A stretch of DNA of 39,440 nt from Nitrospirota bacterium (lineage in GTDB: Bacteria; Nitrospirota; Thermodesulfovibrionia; Thermodesulfovibrionales; JdFR-85): the NCBI GenBank assembly GCA_013152195.1, contig JAADGU010000089.1, positions 1 to 39,440 of the forward strand, given 5' to 3'. The stretch's first letter is position 1. Every line of letters starts with the position of its first letter. Position numbers and translations under genes: made by a program. Of the stretch, positions 1 to 7,895 are shown piece by piece. A model generated the notes under the pieces. The model ran no database searches. It had not been told where the DNA came from and saw only the letters and a program-made list of their open reading frames with translations.

Positions 1-93
1 CTCGGTGCTGCCGCAGACCAGCCCCACCGCATCAAATACCGGCACTTGACCAGGGGGTAAGTAGTGCGTCCTCCGCGGTTAATATTTTTTTTC

Positions 94-189
94 ATCTGCG
101 GAAAATCTGCGGCCAGATGTAGTCTTTACTTCTCTTCTTTAAACTCTGAGCTCTCTTTGGCTGATTGTAAGGTTGTGAAATCTGCGGAT
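94..189. repeat. Cluster of three direct ATCTGCGG octamers (94-101, 105-112, 180-187). The 16-mer at 174-189 is the exact reverse complement of 34694-34709.
   Basis: Direct reading. 'tgtgaaatctgcggat' at 174-189 matches 'atccgcagatttcaca' at 34694-34709. The octamer was not seen elsewhere outside these two loci. Confidence 0.7.
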
Positions 190-821
190 TCAGTGGGTCT
201 TTAATTGTCACAAATCTTGCATCTTTCCTTACGGCTATTTGAATTTATTGCCATAAACAGGAGTTTAAGAGATAAGCAGTCACGGCAGGCTGAAAGCCAG
301 TATTGACGGGGGATCAGCCGTGTTTTTGCTGTAAGACCCCACTGTCATCCACGTAATGGCCAAAGGCCGATAGGACTTCGGCTTGTGTCTTCGTGGGAAT
401 CTCAAGACAGCGTTTTGGTTTTCTTGCCTTGTTGCTCAACATCAAAACAGAATGAAAATGCCGTATATCAGATTACCACCAAACGAGCGGGTTCCCCTCT
501 CTAAGGTGTAATCCTTTAACAGGTCATGTCGAAACCGTACCTCGCCATACGGAGATTTCTAATAAGTTAGCCCGGAAAATCTGTAAGGCATTATCAATCA
601 AAAGTGATTGGATAATCGGGTAGGCGGTTCTCTCTTCTCTTTTCTCCTCCGTGCCCCACTGTAACCCTGCAATATCAACCACTTAACCAGTTAAAAACTT
701 TATGTTTTTAGCATATAAGACTGAATACTTGAATCTCTGCGGTATAAATGCTCCGTATAGTGTTATAGTAACAATATGTGTATTATGGATAATTGGAAAA
801 ATTTTACAAAGGAGTTTCAAT

Positions 822-1298
822 ATGGACGATGGATTTGAGTTAAGAGTATCTGATAGAAAAGGGGAAGGTATTTTTGCGACGAGATCATTTAAGGCCGGTG
901 AAACCGTGATGGTCGGAGTAATTGAAAAAAGACTGAAGAAGAATCACTCTCATGCCTCACAGATTGGCGAAAATGAATATGTTTTTCACGCTGGATCAAT
1001 AAGTAAGGTCAATCATTCCTGTAACCCTAATTGTGGTATCAGGATCAATGAAACCGGTGCCCATGACTTTGCAGCCATAAGAGAAATTATTGCTGATGAG
1101 GAGATAACCTTCGATTATGCCATGAGAAATTATGGGGTTGATTATTTCCCGAAAGAGTGCATGTGCGGCTCGGAAATATGTCGTGGTAAAGTTACCGGCT
1201 GGAAGGATTTACCGGAGGCGAGGAAAACAATATACGAAGGGTTTGTTGCTCCTTATCTTCTTGAAATGGATATCAAGTATTGCGCTGAACAGGCATAA
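822..1298 (+). CDS. SET-domain protein (putative protein-lysine methyltransferase)
   Basis: Motifs 'GEGIFATRSF', 'NHSCNPNC', 'EEITFDYA' and a post-SET-like 'CMCGSEICRG'. I start it at the internal ATG 822, which is preceded by AAAGGAG at 7 nt; the track ATG at 702 has no SD. Confidence 0.8.
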   Translation: MDDGFELRVSDRKGEGIFATRSFKAGETVMVGVIEKRLKKNHSHASQIGENEYVFHAGSISKVNHSCNPNCGIRINETGAHDFAAIREIIADEEITFDYAMRNYGVDYFPKECMCGSEICRGKVTGWKDLPEARKTIYEGFVAPYLLEMDIKYCAEQA

Positions 1299-1404
1299 TA
1301 CTTGATTCATAAGTCTTGCTTCAGGTTTCCTCTTCTCCTTGGGTGAAAACAGATGATTCTTATGTCAGGCATTACAGAGATTTAAAAGAGGCGGCGGAAG
1401 GATC

Positions 1405-1971
1405 ATGTGGTTGTACACAGGTTTATGTATTTCCATAAGCATATGGATAGTACTGGGCATATATGTTTTTTCCGAGATAAAAAAGACCTACGACAGAGGC
1501 GGAGTATTCACTGACAAACTTCTGAATATCTGGTTTGTTATGTGGGCATTTCATCACGTAGCAGTGATTCTGTCGTCGTTATATGGTGTATGGCTGATAC
1601 CGGTTAACAGAACTCTTGCCTTAATCAGTGGTTTGTTTACCTTTGTGTTTGGGACGGTTATATTGTCAGCAGGGATGATCGGGTTTCGTTCCCTGCAAAG
1701 AAGTTATGGACAGGATACTTCAAGGCTTGTTACCTCCGGGATATACCGGTGGAGCAGGAATCCGCAGTTTATCGGTTGGGCTCTGATGCTCTCAGGCATA
1801 TCGCTTGCCGGACGGTCAGGATTTGCCTTTGTGCTTACCGGGGTCTTCACTATAGTGATTCATTTGTACACTACGCGTATGGAAGAGCCTTATCTTGAGC
1901 GTTTGTATGGAGAGGAGTACCGTCAATATAAATTGAGCACTCCAAGATATATCGGAATACCAAAAAAGTAA
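1405..1971 (+). CDS. ICMT/PEMT-family integral membrane methyltransferase
   Basis: Multiple hydrophobic helices. C-terminal signature 'YRWSRNPQFIGW...' and 'EEPYLERLYGEEYRQY' is typical of isoprenylcysteine carboxyl / phospholipid methyltransferase-like proteins. Confidence 0.7.
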   Translation: MWLYTGLCISISIWIVLGIYVFSEIKKTYDRGGVFTDKLLNIWFVMWAFHHVAVILSSLYGVWLIPVNRTLALISGLFTFVFGTVILSAGMIGFRSLQRSYGQDTSRLVTSGIYRWSRNPQFIGWALMLSGISLAGRSGFAFVLTGVFTIVIHLYTTRMEEPYLERLYGEEYRQYKLSTPRYIGIPKK

Positions 1972-1983
1972 GGGGAGAGAAAA

Positions 1984-2589
1984 ATGCTTGTGGGCCTTAC
2001 CGGTGGTTTTGGGTGCGGAAAGTCCACTGTGCTTAAGTTATTTGAAGAACTCGGCGCTACTGTACTCAGCGCTGATTCAATCGTTCATGAACTGTTAAAA
2101 CGTGCAGATGTCAGGGATTCCATAGTAGAGGTGTTTGGTCCGGATATACTCGTCAAGGGGGAGATTGACAGAAAAAAACTTTCTGAAAAGGTTTTCCATG
2201 ACGAAGCCAAAAGAAGAAAACTGGAAAAACTGCTTCATCCCCTTGTTTTTGAAACAATAGAGCAAAATTATAAGAAGGCTGCAAATCTGACCAGTAACAC
2301 GGAAATCATTATGGTTGTTGAGATCCCCCTGCTTTTTGAGACCGGTTTTGATAAAGGTGTGGATGCAGTGGTTGTTGTCAGGACTGAAGCTGATGTTGTC
2401 CGCGAGCGATTAAGGGGAAAGGGTTTTTCTGATGAAGAGATAAGGACGCGGACTGCTGCTCAGCTTCCGGTTGATGAAAAGGCCTCCAGGGCAGATTATG
2501 TGATAGACAATTCAGGTTCTCTGAGGGATACGGAAAGGCAGGTCAGGGCGGTATGGGAAGACTTGTTGAGAACCCGGAAAGAGGGCTAA
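1984..2589 (+). CDS. coaE: Dephospho-CoA kinase
   Basis: P-loop 'GLTGGFGCGKST' at the N-terminus, about 200 aa, CoaE-like overall layout. SD AAGGGGAG lies upstream. Confidence 0.85.
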   Translation: MLVGLTGGFGCGKSTVLKLFEELGATVLSADSIVHELLKRADVRDSIVEVFGPDILVKGEIDRKKLSEKVFHDEAKRRKLEKLLHPLVFETIEQNYKKAANLTSNTEIIMVVEIPLLFETGFDKGVDAVVVVRTEADVVRERLRGKGFSDEEIRTRTAAQLPVDEKASRADYVIDNSGSLRDTERQVRAVWEDLLRTRKEG

Positions 2590-4634
2590 TTGCCCGACGC
2601 TGTTTTATCTCTCATTTTCTTCTGCCCGTATATATCGAGATACATAAAATATGAACGCAGTACCTTTTTTACATACAGTCTCGTCTCTTTATAGGGGATG
2701 TCCTCAATGAACACGTCAACTTCATTGTACTGATTGGCCTCAAGCCATCTCCTGACAGCACTCTCTCCTGCGTTATAGGCTGCCACAGCCATTGGGACAG
2801 ACCCGAACTCGCTAATCAACTGGCCGAGATAGTAACTGCCCAGGGTTATGTTTAAATCGGGGCTCATAATCTCATTGTCCGAAAGCAATCCTGTCTCATA
2901 GCCGAGTGATTTTGCCATTCGTTGTGCGGTAAATGGCATGAGCTGCATCAGGCCCAGTGCTCCGGACCTTGAGATTGCCTTTCTGTTGAACCTGCTTTCC
3001 TCCCGCATCACTGAGTAGATAACAAGGGGGTCGATATTGTAATCAGCCGATATTTTGTCAACAATATCACTGTATACAGCAGGATAAAGTAGCACTGAAA
3101 TTTCGGGATATCTGTTTAGTTTACTTGCGCAGCGGAAAGATTCATTAAATGCCTCCAAAGATTGGAGATACCTGCATATCTTCAGTCTGTCATAGTCCCC
3201 CTCCGGTCTGTAGCTGTTAATTTCTTTTATTGCATAATCCTGCAGGCCAACACTGTTGAGGAAGTCGGCCCGTTTAAAGGTTAACGAAAGGCTATCATGG
3301 AAGCCCACAAAATCTGGAGTTTTGGCTTTGGACAGGCTATCTGTTCTTCCATCGAAGATCGCATCCTCTTTTTTAAATGAATTCCGGAGCTCAACCCTCC
3401 CGGATGTCAGGGTGATGCCGCCAGATCTCATTCGCCCCAGAAATGCATAAAAAGAGTCACCCTCTATACTGCTGAAAAGTTTTTTCGCATTTTGTCCGAG
3501 ATTTTCAAGTGATCTTGCCTGCCAGTAAAGATAGCCTGGGTTTCTGTGCTGGTTGTAGAGGTCTCTGAAATTATATGATGCACTGAGGAAATTCCCCATT
3601 AAATACTCCGTCCATGCAATATGCCAGAGTGATTCCTTCTCGCAGGGATAACTTCTGTAGGCCATCCTGAATATCTTCAGTGCCTCATCAAACTCCATAT
3701 CACGTCTCTTCTGTATCCCTTTAAGCAGAAAGAGACTGCAGGTCTCTTTGGTCTTCTTATCCTTTGCCATATCGAGCATATTCTCAAAGAGATCATAATC
3801 ACCTGCCCTGTAATAGGATATTGCCGCCTTCTGGACGTTGTCGGCCTTTTGATAATAAAGGGCTGCCTTGCTGTAATCCTTCATGCGAAAATATGTATCA
3901 GCAAGGGAGGTATAAAGCGGTTTTCTGTCACTGCCGGCGGGCTTGTTCAATCTCGTCAGGAGCAGGCTTTCTGACTCTCTCAGCCTGAGAGACCTGCGGA
4001 GGTTTTTGCTCATCAGGATGATTTCTTCTGTAGTGAGGTCATCAGGAGAGACCTCATCCTTAAGCTCTGCATAGTATCTATCAGCCTTGATGAATAAGGA
4101 TTTGAGGATATTCCTGGCCTCTTCCTCCTTTCCTGCCCTCTCCAATGTCTTTGCATAGAGATACCGGGCTTCCTGATCAGAAGGAAAGTCCTTAAGATAA
4201 TCCCTGATCTCCTTCAGGGTATTTGAATAGTGGTAATCATTCTTTACGAAACACCCTTCATTATCCGGGCGGATATCCTGTTCGTCAAGGATTGAATAAA
4301 CAGCTTTAATCTTTAACAACCGTACATCTTCAGTGAGATAACTATTCTGATAGAGTGAAAGAAATGTATCGATATTTTCAAGGCTCTGATTATAATCCCC
4401 TTTCGTGTAGGCATCCATAGCACTGAGGAAAAGGAGATAATCAGCGAAAAGGTAGGCTTTCCCGGAATCGAGAACCAAACGCGTTACCACTTCATTATAT
4501 GGTCCTGTTTCAACAGGACCATTCATATTCCTGTTCCCATTCCCGGCAAAAGAGGCATTTATGTCACCAGTAAAGACCGGGAAAGCAATAAGAGCGAATA
4601 AAATAAATAGAAAATATCTAAATCGTTTTCTCAT
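2586..4634 (-). CDS. slt: Soluble lytic murein transglycosylase (Slt family) with N-terminal signal peptide and helical-repeat domain
   Basis: C-terminal SLT motifs 'ESRFNRKAISRSGALGLMQLMP' and 'AYNAG'. Signal-like N-terminus 'MRKRFRYFLFILFALIAFPVF'. Long TPR-like region. Confidence 0.85.
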   Translation of the reverse strand: MRKRFRYFLFILFALIAFPVFTGDINASFAGNGNRNMNGPVETGPYNEVVTRLVLDSGKAYLFADYLLFLSAMDAYTKGDYNQSLENIDTFLSLYQNSYLTEDVRLLKIKAVYSILDEQDIRPDNEGCFVKNDYHYSNTLKEIRDYLKDFPSDQEARYLYAKTLERAGKEEEARNILKSLFIKADRYYAELKDEVSPDDLTTEEIILMSKNLRRSLRLRESESLLLTRLNKPAGSDRKPLYTSLADTYFRMKDYSKAALYYQKADNVQKAAISYYRAGDYDLFENMLDMAKDKKTKETCSLFLLKGIQKRRDMEFDEALKIFRMAYRSYPCEKESLWHIAWTEYLMGNFLSASYNFRDLYNQHRNPGYLYWQARSLENLGQNAKKLFSSIEGDSFYAFLGRMRSGGITLTSGRVELRNSFKKEDAIFDGRTDSLSKAKTPDFVGFHDSLSLTFKRADFLNSVGLQDYAIKEINSYRPEGDYDRLKICRYLQSLEAFNESFRCASKLNRYPEISVLLYPAVYSDIVDKISADYNIDPLVIYSVMREESRFNRKAISRSGALGLMQLMPFTAQRMAKSLGYETGLLSDNEIMSPDLNITLGSYYLGQLISEFGSVPMAVAAYNAGESAVRRWLEANQYNEVDVFIEDIPYKETRLYVKKVLRSYFMYLDIYGQKKMRDKTASGN

Positions 4635-4642
4635 ATGACGAT

Positions 4643-5602
4643 CTACTTTTTTGATTTTGACCAGTCATATCTCCGTCTCTTTCTGTGGTGTACATATTTA
4701 TCTGCAGACAGTGCTGCCACACAGCCATTCGCTGCAGCTACAACCACCTGTCTGACCTCAACACAGGTGACGTCGCCTGCTGCAAAAACCCCCGGCTGAT
4801 TTGTCTCCATCATCCTGTTTGTTATTATGCATTCCTCATCACTGATGTCAACGGAAAAGTTAAGAAAATCAACCACGGGCTTGTTTCCGTGAAGATAAAC
4901 AAAGACCCCGTCCATGGGTAACACCTTCTCTTCGTCGGTGTTTCTGTCCTTCAGCTTTATCCTCTCAACTACCTCTCCCCCTTCAATTGATAAAACAACA
5001 TGACCTGTGAGGATTTTCAGTTTGTCAATCTCAGGTAGTGGATGTTCTCCTGAAACCTTGAGTGACTTTGATGGTGCTATCAAATATACAGTCTCGGCAA
5101 AGCGTGTAAGCAGTTCGGCTTCTTTCACGGCTTCCTCTGAATCTCCTATAACACAAACCGTCTTACCCCTGAAAAACGCGGCATCACATATCGCACAATA
5201 GCTTACACCCTTCCCGAGGAATTCCTTCTCTCCACTGACAGTCGGTTTCCTGCCCATGGCTCCGGTTGCAAGAATAACCGCCTTTCCATAAAAAACTCTT
5301 TCCATCGTGTGGATTTCTTTTATCTCTTTGTCCAGACTTACACCTATGACTTGTACCTCAAGGTATTCTGCCCCGAATCGTATCGCCTGCTCCCGGAATA
5401 TATCGAGCAGTTCCTTCCCGGAGATGGGCTCAGTCAAGCCAGGATAGTTCTCTATCTTATCTGCAATTGCAAGAGCACCAGCTGTAGAGGATTTATCAAG
5501 AATGGCTGTCTTGAGGTGGGCTCTTGCAGTATATTGGGCTGCTGTAAGGCCCGCTGGGCCACCTCCAACAATTAAAACATCATAGACTTCGTTTTCTCCC
5601 AT
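4643..5602 (-). CDS. Thioredoxin-reductase-family flavoprotein lacking the canonical NADPH-binding motifs
   Basis: FAD motif 'VLIVGGGPAGLTAA', redox 'CAIC' and 'FAAGDV' are present. The position of 'GGGNSA' reads 'GDSEEA', and the position of 'HRRxxxR' reads 'APSKSLK'. Confidence 0.8.
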   Translation of the reverse strand: MGENEVYDVLIVGGGPAGLTAAQYTARAHLKTAILDKSSTAGALAIADKIENYPGLTEPISGKELLDIFREQAIRFGAEYLEVQVIGVSLDKEIKEIHTMERVFYGKAVILATGAMGRKPTVSGEKEFLGKGVSYCAICDAAFFRGKTVCVIGDSEEAVKEAELLTRFAETVYLIAPSKSLKVSGEHPLPEIDKLKILTGHVVLSIEGGEVVERIKLKDRNTDEEKVLPMDGVFVYLHGNKPVVDFLNFSVDISDEECIITNRMMETNQPGVFAAGDVTCVEVRQVVVAAANGCVAALSADKYVHHRKRRRYDWSKSKK

Positions 5603-5741
5603 TTATAAACCACCTCCAATGCAGATTATCAAATCCAGATAAATCAATTTTATCATAATTTGCATGGTTTTTATTATATTGTTTCAAACTCGGCGCATTC
5701 TTGTGATATAATTAATAAGTTCAGATTCTTCTAAAGTATTC

Positions 5742-5769
5742 TTGACATTAAGTTGAGGCAGTATATATT
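5742..5769 (+). promoter_or_regulatory. Candidate sigma70-type promoter for the histidine kinase gene (TTGACA-16 nt-TATATT)
   Basis: TTGACA at 5742-5747 and TATATT at 5764-5769, about 30 nt upstream of ATG 5800. An alternative TGaTATAAT box lies at 5704-5712. Confidence 0.4.
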
Positions 5770-5799
5770 CTGACCGGTTGATAATATAATGAATAATCC

Positions 5800-7884
5800 A
5801 TGAAACCATTAGTAAGCATCCTATATCTCATTGCATCAATAACGGTCATCTCTCACGGTGTTATGGTCTATCTGAACAACCGGAAGTCAAGGATCAACAC
5901 GAGCCTTTTCCTGTTTTGTCTGGCGTCATTCTTCTGGCTCTTTTTTGCTTTCCTGGCAACTCTTTCAGATAGTTATGATACATCCCTCCTTTTTTTCAGG
6001 ATATGCTACGTTGGAATAGTCTTTATCCCATCAACTTTCTACCATTTTGCTCATGAATTCGTGGGCAGAGCCTCAGGAAGGAGAATAGCTGTAAGGTATC
6101 TCATATCTACCCTGTTTGCCTTCACAGTCTTAGGCCCCCAGTACATGATAAAAGGTCTTTTCTTATACCCCTGGGGTTTTTATCCCGCTGCCTCAAGACC
6201 GCTTCATATTATATTCATGCTCTTTTTTCTGCTTACGCTTTTTTCAGCCCTGAACCTTATATATAAAGAAATGAAGAAGAAAAATGTACCGTCTATACAA
6301 AAGACCAAGCTTAAATACATCTTTACAGGGTTGTTGGTTGCATCTCTTGCATCAGTTGATTTCCTTGGTAACTATGATATCCCGGTAGTGCCACTCGGTT
6401 TTATCTTTATGTCACTTTTTACTTTTATTCTCACATATGCTACCCTGAGGCATCAGCTCCTTGATATCAGAGTAGCCTTTGCAAGGTTGTTCCTTCTGTT
6501 TATAACTGCTGTTGTTGTTACCGGTGTACCTTTTCTTTTGGGTATAAAGCTCCTTGGTCCCGGATTATGGATAATTCCTGTATCCGTTGCCCTTATGCTT
6601 GCTGCCTCGGCTCCACTGCTGTATATTTATCTGGGGGAACGTACAGAAAATTTGCTGTTAAAGCAGCAAAGACGTTACCAGCAGACCCTTTTGTACGCGT
6701 CCCACGGCATGTTATACAAAAGAGACCTGAACAGGTTGCTCAAATTTGTAGTAGTATTATTAACTCTCGTTGCACGGCTGAGATATGCCGCAATATATCT
6801 GTTTGATGAAGAGTCAAACAGTTTTGAACTGAAGGCAGAGAGGCCCCCGTTGCCGAAAAAGCCGGCAACTCTTGATATGGAAAACCCTGTTGTCAGGAAA
6901 ATATCAAGGAAAGAGATACTGAACAGGGATGTACTCCTCAGCAGGGGGGAGGGCCGTAGTGTCGTTGACGTTATGGAAAGGCTCAATGCCACAATCATCA
7001 TACCGTGCTGTACCCGACGGGGCATTGTTGGATTTCTTGCTTTTGGAAACAAGAGATCCGGCCAGCACTTCTCCTCTGATGAGATTGATACATTCCTTAC
7101 TCTCTCCAACCAGTTTGCCCTTGCAATCGAGAACGCACTGCATCTGAAGGATCTTGAAAAAGCAGGATCCGAGCTCTTCCACGCAGCAAAGATGTCGTCT
7201 CTGGGGACCATGGCCTCTGGATTGGGACATCAGATAAATAACCGGTTGCATACAATCCTGCTTGCAGTAGAATCGCTCAACATTATGTACTCAGACACCT
7301 TCAGCAACAGGGGAAAGGAGCTTGTTGACACCATAGTAAACAATATAAGGCAGGCTGAAGATACGATTGAAAAGCTCAGAAATTATTCAAAAACCTCCTC
7401 TGAAGAGGTGTCTCCGGTTTCGTTAAAGGAGGCAATTGAAAGTGCTTTTGAGATGATGAGACTGAAAAGATCAGCTTTCAGTCAAATAAGGTTTGAGATT
7501 AATGTCGAGAGTTCTTTAAATGTTTTGGGTAACATGTCACAGTTAAGAGAGGTTTTCTTTAACCTCCTTGACAACTCTGACACTGCCATAAGGCAATCTA
7601 TTGCAAAAGGCAATGATTTGGTGCCAATGATTATAATACAGGCACGCGTATTGGAGAAGGGCATGGTTGAGGTTGTGTTTGAAGACAACGGGATAGGGAT
7701 AAGAAGAGATGATTTTGATAAACTGTTTGTTCCGTTTTACACAACCAAGGCATCATCATCACATGGCACAGGCCTTGGCCTCTACATAGCAGACAAGATA
7801 ATAGAGCTGCATGGTGGTACGATAAGAGTTGAGTCAGTAAATGGCAGGGGAACCAAGTTTATCATAAGACTCAAGGGAGCTTAA
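5800..7884 (+). CDS. Membrane sensor histidine kinase (N-terminal multi-TM sensor, GAF-like domain, HisKA, HATPase_c)
   Basis: About 280 aa of hydrophobic helices. H-box 'GLGHQINNRLH', N-box 'FFNLLDNSDTAI', G1 'EDNGIGI', G2 'GTGLGLYI'. No response regulator is adjacent. Confidence 0.85.
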   Translation: MKPLVSILYLIASITVISHGVMVYLNNRKSRINTSLFLFCLASFFWLFFAFLATLSDSYDTSLLFFRICYVGIVFIPSTFYHFAHEFVGRASGRRIAVRYLISTLFAFTVLGPQYMIKGLFLYPWGFYPAASRPLHIIFMLFFLLTLFSALNLIYKEMKKKNVPSIQKTKLKYIFTGLLVASLASVDFLGNYDIPVVPLGFIFMSLFTFILTYATLRHQLLDIRVAFARLFLLFITAVVVTGVPFLLGIKLLGPGLWIIPVSVALMLAASAPLLYIYLGERTENLLLKQQRRYQQTLLYASHGMLYKRDLNRLLKFVVVLLTLVARLRYAAIYLFDEESNSFELKAERPPLPKKPATLDMENPVVRKISRKEILNRDVLLSRGEGRSVVDVMERLNATIIIPCCTRRGIVGFLAFGNKRSGQHFSSDEIDTFLTLSNQFALAIENALHLKDLEKAGSELFHAAKMSSLGTMASGLGHQINNRLHTILLAVESLNIMYSDTFSNRGKELVDTIVNNIRQAEDTIEKLRNYSKTSSEEVSPVSLKEAIESAFEMMRLKRSAFSQIRFEINVESSLNVLGNMSQLREVFFNLLDNSDTAIRQSIAKGNDLVPMIIIQARVLEKGMVEVVFEDNGIGIRRDDFDKLFVPFYTTKASSSHGTGLGLYIADKIIELHGGTIRVESVNGRGTKFIIRLKGA

Positions 7885-7895
7885 AAAAAATCAAA

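Noticed and set aside
1-60. Open frame 1-60 (+) ending in TAA (LGAAADQPHRIKYRHLTRG*), possibly the 3' end of a gene cut by the window.
   Set aside because: It is only 19 codons with no recognisable motif, so it cannot be supported.
314-442. 42-aa minus-strand ORF (MLSNKARKPKRCLEIPTKTQAEVLSAFGHYVDDSGVLQQKHG) in the ORF-free region.
   Set aside because: It has no SD and no recognisable family. It could be a gene remnant or chance, so there is not enough evidence to call it a CDS.
615-670. Cobalamin-riboswitch-like string ('AATCGGGTAGGCGGT...CCGTGCCCCACTGTAA') upstream of the SET gene.
   Set aside because: It only superficially resembles the 'GGGAA..GGTG..CC..GC.G.CCC.C.ACTGTAA' core. The GGTG/AA.CC element is replaced by a long CT tract, no downstream B12-box (GCCAGGA.ACC-like) is present, and the downstream gene is unrelated to cobalamin.
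702-821. N-terminal extensions in the ORF track. Cases: SET protein from 702, trmFO from 34294, macro protein from 22446, isochorismatase from 25790, mqnE from 11048 (TTG), hslU from 31304.
   Set aside because: Internal ATGs with good SD sequences coincide with the start of homology. The extensions lack SDs, and in the trmFO case the extension overlaps the divergent def gene.
6675-7211. Long antisense ORFs inside well-supported genes. Examples: 6675-7211 and 6904-7251 in the kinase, 9364-9840, 15322-15828, 17525-17947, 18402-19010, 21400-21801, 30985-31296, 35958-36317.
   Set aside because: Each lies entirely within, and opposite to, a gene with clear family motifs. Their translations are low-complexity or Ser/Pro/Arg/Cys-rich with no recognisable domains. 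These are typical shadow ORFs.
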